DNA of 64,000 nt from an uncultured Planctomycetaceae bacterium (GTDB lineage: Bacteria > Planctomycetota > Planctomycetia > Pirellulales > Lacipirellulaceae): positions 23,122 to 87,121 of the forward strand of contig CAZJWY010000001.1 in assembly GCA_964549545.1 (NCBI GenBank). Direction: 5' to 3'. A program made the position numbers and the translations under genes. The notes beneath the pieces were generated by a model. The model was not told the origin of the DNA and made no database searches. It saw only the letters and a program-made list of their open reading frames with translations. This document shows, one piece after another, positions 18,296 through 27,347 of the stretch; position 1 is the stretch's first letter, and every line of letters begins with the position of its first letter.

Positions 18296-18955
18296 TCAGG
18301 TTTGCGTCTTGAAGAAGTCGAGCACGCGCATCAGGCCGGCGCCGAGGGCGTCTTGCAGGACGCGAATACGAGTCGTGAGGCTGGCGAGCATGAAATTGAA
18401 CGGAATCGCCGTACCGAGGTCCATTGCGGTGCAGATGAGGGCAATACTGATCTCTTTTGCGATCATGTATTGCTCGACTTTCTCACCCGTGCCGATGCGA
18501 CCGAACGCAGCCATCATGCCAAGGACCGTGCCAAACAGGCCGAGAAGCGGGCCGCATTTGATCGTCGTGGCGATCCAATTTGTTCGATATTCAAGATCCG
18601 CCATTACATCGCGTTGGAGGATTTCCATGACGACCTGACGGAGTTGGTCGTATCCCAGTTGCCGGTTACCGACGGCGAGCTGAATAAGCTGTGGCAAAGC
18701 GCGGGGATCGTCGCCGGTCGTCTCTTCGATCAAGTCGAAGCGGCCGGCTTGCATTTTTTGCATGACATCGTCGACAAACTCGGCCTGTTCATCGTGGTCG
18801 CTGAAGCCGAGTTCCTTCACTCGACGGAAGGCCATGATGACGTTGTAAAGCCCCCAAAGGAAGTTGAGGGCGAGAAAGCCGTAGCAAGCCCATCCAAGTT
18901 GTGCGGCGAGGTCGTTGATTGTCATCGCAGAAAGCCTCCTCCGTTCCCTATCCAC
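18296..18955 (-). CDS. exbB: MotA/TolQ/ExbB proton-channel protein
   Basis: Three TM helices and ...GPLLGLFGTVLGMMAAF... signature. Confidence 0.85.
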   Translation of the reverse strand: MDRERRRLSAMTINDLAAQLGWACYGFLALNFLWGLYNVIMAFRRVKELGFSDHDEQAEFVDDVMQKMQAGRFDLIEETTGDDPRALPQLIQLAVGNRQLGYDQLRQVVMEILQRDVMADLEYRTNWIATTIKCGPLLGLFGTVLGMMAAFGRIGTGEKVEQYMIAKEISIALICTAMDLGTAIPFNFMLASLTTRIRVLQDALGAGLMRVLDFFKTQT

Positions 18956-19093
18956 CGCCGAAAATGCCTCTATTGTTAGGATAGCGGCCGTGAATGGATG
19001 GCCGCAAGTCGGCGGAAAAGGCTGTGGGGGACATCAGGCGGTGTAAATCTCGGCGGGGTTGAATGTTGTCGAGTTTTGAGTAAGGTCTGGGAT

Positions 19094-20104
19094 ATGAAAT
19101 ACCTTTTTCCGGCGATGGTTGGGGCGATTTGGAGTGTTTCCGTGTTTGCGGCTCCGCCGAAGGCCGAGTTGATTTCCGTGAAGAAAATCGGAGATCAGGC
19201 GCCTCACTCGGCTTTTACGGACTTATTGTTCGACCGGGGCCAGTTCTTTTGCGCGTTTCGCGAAGGACGATCGCATGCCTCGACCGATGGGAAAATTCGG
19301 GTTATGTCGTCTGTGGACGGCGAGACTTGGCATTCTGCCGCTTTGTTGTCGCTCGAAGGGCAAGACTTGCGCGATGCAGGGCTGTCGATAACGCCGGACA
19401 ATCGGCTGATGCTTGTCGGCGGGATTGCCTCGCGCAACAAAGATGGCGAACACGCGGCGACCGGATCTTTTGTTTCTTTTTCCGATGACGGCAAAACATG
19501 GACAAAGCCGCAAAGGGTCTCGGAACCCGGGCACTGGTTGTGGCGCGTTACTTGGCACGACCGAAAGGCGTATGGCATTTCTTATTCGAGCTCGCGGGCT
19601 TCGTCGGATCCCTCTCTCGCTGCTACCAGGCTGATGGTAAGCGACGATGGTGTTGCGTTCCGCGAATTGGTTCCGCATTTGTTTAATGAGGGTTGGCCGA
19701 CCGAAGCGACCTTGCGATTCGATGACAAGGGAACAATGTATTGCCTGCAGCGACGAGATGGGCGGCCGACGCCTCCCTCGGCTTTTTTGGGATCGAGTGC
19801 TCCTCCCTACACCGAATGGAAATGGCGCGACTTGGGAAAGTTCGTGGGGGGGCCGAATTTTATCCGTTTGCCATCCGGCCAATGGTTCGCGGCCGGCAGG
19901 TTTTTCGATGACAAGAAACCAAGCACCAAGCTGGCGTCGCTGGATGTCGAGAAAGGCACGGTCGAACCCATTCTGACACTTCCGAGCGGTGGCGATACCA
20001 GCTACCCGGGGCTCGTATGGCACGACGGCGTGCTGTGGATGAGCTACTATTCGAGCCATGAAGGCAAGACGAGCGTATATTTAGCTAAGATCGCCATTGA
20101 ATAG
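19094..20104 (+). CDS. BNR-repeat (sialidase-like) beta-propeller protein, secreted
   Basis: Signal peptide MKYLFPAMVGAIWSVSVFA. BNR motifs SVDGETW, SDDGKTW, SDDGVAF. ORF-track start 18998 is probably too far upstream. Confidence 0.7.
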   Translation: MKYLFPAMVGAIWSVSVFAAPPKAELISVKKIGDQAPHSAFTDLLFDRGQFFCAFREGRSHASTDGKIRVMSSVDGETWHSAALLSLEGQDLRDAGLSITPDNRLMLVGGIASRNKDGEHAATGSFVSFSDDGKTWTKPQRVSEPGHWLWRVTWHDRKAYGISYSSSRASSDPSLAATRLMVSDDGVAFRELVPHLFNEGWPTEATLRFDDKGTMYCLQRRDGRPTPPSAFLGSSAPPYTEWKWRDLGKFVGGPNFIRLPSGQWFAAGRFFDDKKPSTKLASLDVEKGTVEPILTLPSGGDTSYPGLVWHDGVLWMSYYSSHEGKTSVYLAKIAIE

Positions 20105-20202
20105 CCGTTGAGGACAGTGACAGCCACGATTCTTGTATAATATCGCTAAAAGTGAATTCGGTTACGATCAATCCCTGGATGTTGAACTTGCTGAGTTTAT
20201 CC

Positions 20203-21243
20203 ATGAGTAAGGCTTTCTGCCGCTGCTTGTTTTTCCTAGTTGCTTCAATGGTTCAGCAGGCGGGAGTCGCTAAAGAACTGACTCCGCAGCAAATCGCAAC
20301 CTGCAAAAAAGTTGGCGTTGATGCGGGCCAGATCGTCAAGCTAATTGACAAGCCGTTGTATCAATTCAACGAGAGCGAAGTCGACCAATACTTGAAGTTC
20401 TTGAGCGCTTCGGAGCCGGACTTGCGGAAGCGAATCGTGCATTTGGCGCGGAAGAACATCGGCCAACCGTACGAGCTATATTTGCTTGGCGAGCTGCCGT
20501 TCGAGCCGTATGATCCGCAGCCGATCTATTGCCTGGAGAAGAGCGACTGCCTGGTGTTTAGCGAGCATACGTACGCGATGGCGTTGTCGCACGACTGGCC
20601 GGGGTTCATGCGTTTGTTGCAACGCATTCGCTATCGTGACGGGCAATTGGGCGTCGTCACGCGAAATCATTACACGGAAGCGGATTGGAATATTTCGAAC
20701 CGCTGGCTCGTGGACGACATCACGAAGCAACTTGCCGGCGACAAGGCCGTGAAGTTTCACGAGGCGATTGATCGATCGAAGTTTTTCAAGAATCGGTACA
20801 AGCTCGATGTCAAAGTACCGGTCGAGCAGCATGACGATATTTATTTGCCGTATGAAGAGATAGGCCGCGCGAAGGACCAGTTGCGAGATGGTGATTTCGT
20901 GAACATCGTGCGAGCGACATCGAGAAAGGATAGCTCACCGCAGAATGAAATTTTTGGCGGCAGCGCGTTTGTCGGGCACGTCGGGTTGATAGCCCACGGC
21001 GAGGATGGCCAGGTTCACCTGATCCACTCGACGGAGCCGAAAGTCCGGGAAGAAACGCTCGATTCTTACATTGCCCGAGCAACCAAGGACTTGAAAGAAA
21101 AGGATGCGGCTGGAAAGCCACGGTTGGTGGGCTTCAAGTTCTTGCGTTTACAGGAAAAGCCGCTTGAAAAGCTGAAGGTCATTGATGGCGCGGATGCGCC
21201 GCGGGTAACACTGCCTGGCGGGCAACTATTGAAAACACAATAG
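20203..21243 (+). CDS. Secreted hypothetical protein, possibly DUF1460 / NlpC-P60-like amidase fold
   Basis: Signal peptide MSKAFCRCLFFLVASMVQQAGVA. Conserved-looking Cys (EKSDCLVFSE) and His (FVGHVGLIAH). Family assignment tentative. Confidence 0.5.
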   Translation: MSKAFCRCLFFLVASMVQQAGVAKELTPQQIATCKKVGVDAGQIVKLIDKPLYQFNESEVDQYLKFLSASEPDLRKRIVHLARKNIGQPYELYLLGELPFEPYDPQPIYCLEKSDCLVFSEHTYAMALSHDWPGFMRLLQRIRYRDGQLGVVTRNHYTEADWNISNRWLVDDITKQLAGDKAVKFHEAIDRSKFFKNRYKLDVKVPVEQHDDIYLPYEEIGRAKDQLRDGDFVNIVRATSRKDSSPQNEIFGGSAFVGHVGLIAHGEDGQVHLIHSTEPKVREETLDSYIARATKDLKEKDAAGKPRLVGFKFLRLQEKPLEKLKVIDGADAPRVTLPGGQLLKTQ

Positions 21244-21318
21244 GTTTCAATAGTGACTGGGCGTCAGTTTTGTCGAGTTCAGCAACGCACAAAAGGATAC
21301 CATTCGACCGCTGACTCG

Positions 21319-22344
21319 CTAGCGCGGCTTCCGATAGCCTGGCGGTGGAACGACGACCTCGAAGTTTTCGCCTTTGATCTTACGCAGTTCGTCGTGCAGA
21401 TTCGCGATGCGCGGGTCGGGGGCGACCGAGATGGCCCAGTCGATTCCGTTGTCGGCGACGAACATTCCGTACTCCTGGAGAGCGACCAAAATTGTTTCGA
21501 CATCAGGTGAGAAGTTGCTTGTGTCGAGGTCCTTGCGCAGTCGAAGCCGCTCGCCCATGCGTGGGAATGACTCATCCTCATGTTGACTGGCATCATGCGT
21601 GGCGGGATAGACGTGAGCCTTGCGCGTTTTTTCGACAGTGACACGAAGTGGGTGCTCGATCTTGCCGCGTTGGAGTTCGTCGTATCGTACGACCGCCGGC
21701 AAGATTGGGAGGCCAGCGGCGTCGGCCGATGTCCAACCGGCCGGCCGGAGCTTGTTGCTCGACAAATCGAAAATCGAGGCCTGATCTGCCTGCCACTTGC
21801 CGCCTGACTTTCCCATTTTGAAGAACTCGTAGAGCCTATTATTGACGGGATCAAGAATGATGGCGTGGCGATCGCTGTCGACCTCGGTATCGCGTTGTTG
21901 CAATTTTTTCAGTTTCATGTCAGGTTGTTCGCGCTCGAAGTAGGCAGGCCAGCCTTCGATCGGCAGATTATTAGGTACGGGATAGGGGCCTTTGTCCGAC
22001 TCTTCGGCAATCTCCAAAAGCTCGACCGCGACTTTTGGTTGATTCGGCGGCACGATAATGAACGCCATGTCGGGGTTGTAGCGCATCGGCTTGTCCCCGC
22101 CGATCGAATCGATGATTGCCTGTGAGTTCTTATGGAGAGGCCAATCGCTGATCTTGGTGTTCCACGGATTGTCCGGCGGGAACATTTTGACCGTTTCCAT
22201 GATCGCGTCCGCTTCCGGAGTATTGAACTCAACAGGCTGCGTGATCTTGACCTTTTGCGCGAGAGGCTCGGCAGCGGAGATGGGGCGGCTTAGTAATAGC
22301 ACGCACAAGCATGCCAAACTCAGAAAAGTTTTTCTCGACCACAT
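21319..22344 (-). CDS. Secreted hypothetical protein
   Basis: Signal peptide (LSLACLCVLLLSRPISAAEP); globular-looking 341-aa ORF; no motif recognised. Confidence 0.6.
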   Translation of the reverse strand: MWSRKTFLSLACLCVLLLSRPISAAEPLAQKVKITQPVEFNTPEADAIMETVKMFPPDNPWNTKISDWPLHKNSQAIIDSIGGDKPMRYNPDMAFIIVPPNQPKVAVELLEIAEESDKGPYPVPNNLPIEGWPAYFEREQPDMKLKKLQQRDTEVDSDRHAIILDPVNNRLYEFFKMGKSGGKWQADQASIFDLSSNKLRPAGWTSADAAGLPILPAVVRYDELQRGKIEHPLRVTVEKTRKAHVYPATHDASQHEDESFPRMGERLRLRKDLDTSNFSPDVETILVALQEYGMFVADNGIDWAISVAPDPRIANLHDELRKIKGENFEVVVPPPGYRKPR

Positions 22345-22542
22345 TTGCGCTCGCTCCTCTAAGAAGAATTCTTCCGGTGAACCATGGGAGGAGCCTCAAC
22401 TTAATCCGTAAGAGATCAGCGGTCCAGTTTGCGCATTTCTTATGCAAAGAAAAGTTTTTGGGGACAATAAAAATGAAAAGAATTTCGACACCGACAAAGC
22501 ATCGCAGAGCACACAAACTATGCAGTATGTGAGGTGGCCCAA

Positions 22543-23673
22543 CTAGACGTTGGCGACGATGGAACGGAGGCAATCGTGGAAGCGGCGGAGGCCCTGCTCC
22601 ATCGGCATTTGGTAGGGGCCTTGCAGGTTTTCGCCTGCGGCAAGCAGGGCTTGGCGGCCGTTTTGGAGTGTTTGCGCGGCCATGTGGTCTTCGCCAGTGA
22701 CTTCGTCGAGGACCGCAAGGCCGGTTTCGACGTAGTCGCGGCGTGTTTCGGCGATCTTACGGTCGAAGAAATACTCGCTCCGGAGCCGCGTGCGCGTCGG
22801 CGAGAGAGGCGTGTAAGTAGTGGCGACCACTGCGAATGGGTACCACTCGATGAGTTGTCCGGAGAACAGGCACATCCAGATCGCGGCGTACGGCGGACGC
22901 TGGCCGGCGAGGACATCCATCAGCACCTTTTGATACGAGGCGAACTTCGGCGTCGCGGCGGGCGGCAGCGGCCAGCGGACGTGGACTTGCTCGAAGAAGA
23001 AACGATCGCCACCGGTAGCCTGAAAGGCGTTGCGAATGTCGGCTGCGTCGACAAATACGCGGAAGCCTGGGTGAACCGCGCCGATGTGATAGTCCTCCAG
23101 ATAAACTTCGAGGAACACCTTCCAGTTGAGGTCGTGCTCTTCTTCGTCGATGCGTTCCAAAACATAGTCGGAGGTATCAAGTTCGGTCCGGCTGTTGAGT
23201 GGGGCCAGTTCGTGACGAACGTCGCGGGGGCCGGTGAAAAGCATGCCGTTCCACTCGGCGAGCTCCGTGCGTTCGAGGCCGAGGCAAGGGTTTTTGTCGA
23301 AGAACGGAGCCGCCAGTTGGCGGCCGTCGAGGTCATAGGCCCAGTTGTGGATGGGGCAGACGATGTTCTTGGCGTGGCCCGAGCCGGTAAGCATTTCGGC
23401 CTGACGATGGCGACAGACATTGGAGACCAAGTGCGGGCGGCCATTGTTCTTCACGAGCAGCTTGCCGGCTTGCTGTCCGCCCAGGGTGAAGTAGTCGCCA
23501 TCTTTTTTGACCATCGAAACGTGGCCCGAGTACTTGGGGCCTGCGCCGAACAGGGCTTGCCGCTCGATTTCGAGTATCTCTGGATCGAAATACCACGAAA
23601 GGGGCAGACCAACCGAGTCGGTTATTTGCAGTTGTTGGCTTGAGAGAGTCTGAGACATTGCTGCCTCCTTCAA
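22543..23673 (-). CDS. Rieske [2Fe-2S] non-heme-iron oxygenase, alpha-subunit type
   Basis: Rieske motif CRHRQAEM...(17 aa)...CPIHNWAY; C-terminal catalytic domain with His/Asp ligand region (EVYLEDYHIGAVH). Confidence 0.85.
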   Translation of the reverse strand: MKEAAMSQTLSSQQLQITDSVGLPLSWYFDPEILEIERQALFGAGPKYSGHVSMVKKDGDYFTLGGQQAGKLLVKNNGRPHLVSNVCRHRQAEMLTGSGHAKNIVCPIHNWAYDLDGRQLAAPFFDKNPCLGLERTELAEWNGMLFTGPRDVRHELAPLNSRTELDTSDYVLERIDEEEHDLNWKVFLEVYLEDYHIGAVHPGFRVFVDAADIRNAFQATGGDRFFFEQVHVRWPLPPAATPKFASYQKVLMDVLAGQRPPYAAIWMCLFSGQLIEWYPFAVVATTYTPLSPTRTRLRSEYFFDRKIAETRRDYVETGLAVLDEVTGEDHMAAQTLQNGRQALLAAGENLQGPYQMPMEQGLRRFHDCLRSIVANV

Positions 23674-25158
23674 TTACGCCACGACTCGAATCGTTTCGAA
23701 AGTGGGATCGCTTGCGTAAGGGTTCGCGCCTGCTTCCAGCAGTTGCCGGCAAACTTCCAACGTTTCCTTGGAAATTGTCTCTCCGGGCATGAGGAGTGGT
23801 ATGCCGGGAGGATAAAACATAACCATTTCGGCACAGGTTCGACCAGTGGCCTGCGAGAGTGGCACGACAGTCTGTTCAGCAAGGGCAGCATCGCGCGGGG
23901 CCATCGCGAGCGGTGGGATTGGCGGCTGGAGCAGGAAGGTCGAGTGTTGAGAGTTTAGGGTTAAGGGTTCAGAAGGTAGTTCTCGAACGTTGCTGCTGAC
24001 CGCTTGTAATCCAGCGATAAGCCGTTTCTTCGCAGCGGGGTCGTCATGCGGGCTGAGAACGTAGACGACGTTGAACCAATCGGCCATTTCGTCTTCGACT
24101 TGGAACTTTGTGCGAAGGTGTCGCTCGACTTCGTAGCCGCTCCAGCCACTGTCAGACACGTTGACAACGAGGCGTAGCGGATCCTGGCCGTGATCGGCGA
24201 GGCGTAAGTCCCCCGCCGCTCGGAACACTCGCAACCCGGGCATGGTGTCAATGGCGGATTCGAGTTGCCGGGCTTCGTCGACCGCTTGAGCGAACAATGA
24301 TTCGCCTTCACGCCACAGCCAACGACGCATGACGTCGAGCGATGCGAGCAGCAGGTAGCTGCCGCTAGTAGTTTGGAGAAAGTTCAACGCGTGTTGGACC
24401 CGTTCAGTGGACACCAGCGAGTCGCGACCCACGTGAAGCTGCGCCGAGCCGACGAGCGAGCCAAGCGTCTTGTGGCAGCTTTGGATAGTGAGGTCGGCCC
24501 CCGAGGCCATCGCCGACTTCGGCGCACCATCGGGTAAGAACCGCATGTGGCCGCCGTGGGCTTCGTCGACAATCAGCGGCACGCCGCGCGCATGGCAGAC
24601 TTTGACCACTCGCGACAACTCGCGGGCCAAGCCGTAGTAGCTCGGCCGAGTCACGAGAACGGCCGAGGGCTTAGGCGAAGCATCGAGCGCAGCGGCAACG
24701 GACTCTGGCGAGACACCGAGCGCACCACATTCGGGCAGCACGCCGTGCGGCATGAATCGCGGCAGCGCACCAGACAGCACCAACCCGGCAACGACCGAGC
24801 GGTGGACATTGCGCGGCATGGCTACGGTTCCACCGGGCGGAACAGCAGCCAGGAGCGACGTCGCTACGCCGAGAGTTGAGCCGGCCGTGAGGTAAAACGT
24901 GTCCCCTGCCCCGAATAGCTCGGCGGCCAGCGCTTGCGCATCGCGCACGCAGCCGGTGGGGTGGAACGTGTTGTCGGTGGCCGTCATGGCCGGCAAGTCG
25001 AGCGCGAGGCCCGACTTGCCGACTAGCTCGGTTAGCTCTGGTGCTGCGAAGCGCCCGGCTTTGTGGCCAGGCGTGTGGAAGCCGTAAATGCCGGACGCGG
25101 CGTAGTTCGTGAGCGTCTCGTAGATCGGAGCCCGCTCTTGATCAACGCGGCGGGTCAC
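23674..25158 (-). CDS. PLP-dependent Orn/Lys/Arg decarboxylase family protein
   Basis: FHTPGHK..., DEAHGGH, and PLP-lysine context QSCHKTLGSL; 494 aa. Confidence 0.85.
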   Translation of the reverse strand: MTRRVDQERAPIYETLTNYAASGIYGFHTPGHKAGRFAAPELTELVGKSGLALDLPAMTATDNTFHPTGCVRDAQALAAELFGAGDTFYLTAGSTLGVATSLLAAVPPGGTVAMPRNVHRSVVAGLVLSGALPRFMPHGVLPECGALGVSPESVAAALDASPKPSAVLVTRPSYYGLARELSRVVKVCHARGVPLIVDEAHGGHMRFLPDGAPKSAMASGADLTIQSCHKTLGSLVGSAQLHVGRDSLVSTERVQHALNFLQTTSGSYLLLASLDVMRRWLWREGESLFAQAVDEARQLESAIDTMPGLRVFRAAGDLRLADHGQDPLRLVVNVSDSGWSGYEVERHLRTKFQVEDEMADWFNVVYVLSPHDDPAAKKRLIAGLQAVSSNVRELPSEPLTLNSQHSTFLLQPPIPPLAMAPRDAALAEQTVVPLSQATGRTCAEMVMFYPPGIPLLMPGETISKETLEVCRQLLEAGANPYASDPTFETIRVVA

Positions 25159-26636
25159 TTACCGTTTACCTCAACGAGCAGTTCCGAATCGCTGCCATTG
25201 ACGATGACCGGAGCCTTCGTGCGGCGCGTCTTGCCGTTCGTGCCATTGGTGTGGCCATTCGTGTGACCGTTGGTATGACCATTGGTCTTGCCGTTGACCG
25301 CGACCTCGACCTCGGCAGCAATCCGCTCGATGCGGATCGGCTGCATCGGCCGGGCAATGGTCGCCGGGGCGACGCCTGCCTTCATGGCCGATAGGATACC
25401 GGCGGCTTCGTAGTAGTTCGACGCGTAGTGCAGTTGGCCAGCTCGGAACGGCAGCGACTTGAGGTCGTTGCGCATCAGGTTGGTGTTGGCACGGACGGCG
25501 ACAACGGGGATGCCCTGCTCTACGGCGGCCAGTGTCGGTAAACCGACACAGCCGTCGGGGATGACGAGGGCGGAGATGTCTTCGGCGGTCAGGATCGACG
25601 GATCGTAGACGCCGGTGGGGCCTACCATCACTTGCGGGGCTCGGTTAAGGCCTTTGAGGACGCAGAACAGGTAGGTCGTCGAGATGACCTCGGCGGCTTT
25701 GCGCGGCTCGACCACACCCCAACTCTCGGTCCGGAGGGCTTCGCTGCTCATGGTCGGCGCGTGGGCCGCGGGAACATCAAGCACGGACGAAATGAGGTGG
25801 GTGAGAACGGCTTCGACGCCGCCCCACGGATTCGGACCGCCTTCGCCAAAGTACGAGCGGTGAAGCTCGACCGTGTCGATGTGCGGCGTGATCCGGGTGG
25901 CGAGGGCCACGGCATCGTACGAACCCCGCTTGGCGCGGAGAACGTCGAGCAACTGACCCAAGCGCTCGACGCGGCCGGTCACGCGGCCGGAGTCGGAGAC
26001 GCCGGTCTGCATGAACAGTTCCTTTTCGAGGACGAGCACGTCGCTGATGTCCATGCCAAGGGTAGCCCGGGCGCCTTCGGCGCAGTTGATCGTTTGATCA
26101 ACCACGTTCGGAGCATCGCGACGGTCTTCGGTCACGAGCAGCACGCGGTTCTGGCGAACCTTGCGGAGGCCGACCGTGCCCATCAGCAGACGGCAGATGA
26201 TGCTGCCTTCCACGTACAGGCTGTTCTCGGTCTGCTCGTTGACATCCGAGGCGTTGACCACGTTCGGGTGGAGCACGAGGTTGTCGCACACATTGGCCAA
26301 GAGCCGGGCGGCCGGAGTGGCATCGCCGGCGTGTCCACCGATCGCGCAGTCGACGCCGGTCGGGATCAACATCACGGCATTGAACGCGTTGGTCCGAGCC
26401 AAGCGTCGTTGCCGGTAGTCGAACACGTTCGCTTCGGTGTCGTCGGAGCCGTAGACCTTTGGCTCGACCGCTTCGATTTCGCAGAGGTGACCGGCGCGGG
26501 TCTTGCTCGTAACGGCGACACGGATCGGGGTCGCCTCGGAGCCAAACGTCAGGTCTGCGGCATCCTTGAGGGTTGCGATCGGCGAGCGGCCATTGAACAG
26601 CTTGTTAACGGTGATTTGTTGGGAAGAAACCTTCAT
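25155..26636 (-). CDS. Conserved hypothetical protein (possibly DUF3326-like) with C-terminal (NGHT)n tail
   Basis: IPTGVDCAIGGHAGDATPAARLL motif recalls DUF3326 (from memory, unverified). 4-bp start/stop overlap with the decarboxylase gene. Confidence 0.65.
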   Translation of the reverse strand: MKVSSQQITVNKLFNGRSPIATLKDAADLTFGSEATPIRVAVTSKTRAGHLCEIEAVEPKVYGSDDTEANVFDYRQRRLARTNAFNAVMLIPTGVDCAIGGHAGDATPAARLLANVCDNLVLHPNVVNASDVNEQTENSLYVEGSIICRLLMGTVGLRKVRQNRVLLVTEDRRDAPNVVDQTINCAEGARATLGMDISDVLVLEKELFMQTGVSDSGRVTGRVERLGQLLDVLRAKRGSYDAVALATRITPHIDTVELHRSYFGEGGPNPWGGVEAVLTHLISSVLDVPAAHAPTMSSEALRTESWGVVEPRKAAEVISTTYLFCVLKGLNRAPQVMVGPTGVYDPSILTAEDISALVIPDGCVGLPTLAAVEQGIPVVAVRANTNLMRNDLKSLPFRAGQLHYASNYYEAAGILSAMKAGVAPATIARPMQPIRIERIAAEVEVAVNGKTNGHTNGHTNGHTNGTNGKTRRTKAPVIVNGSDSELLVEVNGK

Positions 26637-27347
26637 CCTATTGGGGAGCTCCTATCTAAATTTTTCCTTGATGGTGGACCGGATCGCGGCGCGATCAACG
26701 GTTCTGGAGCGTCTCTGCTGGAAATCGGCTGTTTGGTCGCATGCCTTTCCTAGGCATGCAGTTGTGCGAAGTCAGCGTTGACCAAAGAGCGAACAAGACG
26801 ACCGCCGGGCGGCCACGAGGTCAGATAGAACCGTCACCTACAAAATGACAGGCTCTGTGGAGAGCGACTCAACGGCGGATATGGTCGCGCCAGCCGGAGA
26901 GGCAAGGCGCGACAGGAATGTGGAGCGTTTCCCAGGCCAGCAGCGGACGCCGGCAGGGCCGGCTCGACCGCAAGCGGCGCCGGAGCTTCAACATTCCAAT
27001 CGTGAGAGCGAAATTCACTTCCGTTTGCCTTTGTTGTTCAGGCCCCGAAGGACCCGGCACAATCGCCTGGATGAAACGGCAGGCATCATAACCTGCCACG
27101 TAATTGTTCTCAATCGGCGCGTCGGCCTCGATAACTTCGAGAATACTTCGCGCTGGCAAATTCTACAATGGCTCGCCAGTGAGTAAATACCATTTTTGCT
27201 GTCATCAAGAATTAATCGGAAGAAATTTTTCCGGCTGGTGGAAGCTTGATGTCGGATGAAGGATGCTGGATGCTCTAATTGGCGACGAGTAGCGCCGCTG
27301 GCGCGCAAAAACACCACCCTATGTTGTATGTGTGAGGCTCTGCGACG

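Noticed and set aside
18158-18979. 273-aa plus-strand ORF
   Set aside because: It is antisense to the exbD/exbB genes, whose TM signatures are unambiguous.
19223-20059. 278-aa minus-strand ORF
   Set aside because: It is antisense to the BNR-repeat protein gene; Arg-rich junk translation.
22534-23643. 369-aa plus-strand ORF
   Set aside because: It is antisense to the Rieske oxygenase gene, which carries the CxH...CxxH motif on the minus strand.
25632-26753. 373-aa plus-strand ORF
   Set aside because: It is antisense to the DUF3326-like gene. It has low-complexity G/A/R/D composition and no start context.
26869-27159. 96-aa minus-strand ORF in the 700-bp gap upstream of the DUF3326-like operon
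   Set aside because: The first ~35 aa look protein-like (ILEVIEADAPIENNYVAGYDACRFIQAIV), but the remainder is Arg-rich. There is no recognisable family or start context. It may be a gene remnant, but the support is too weak to call.
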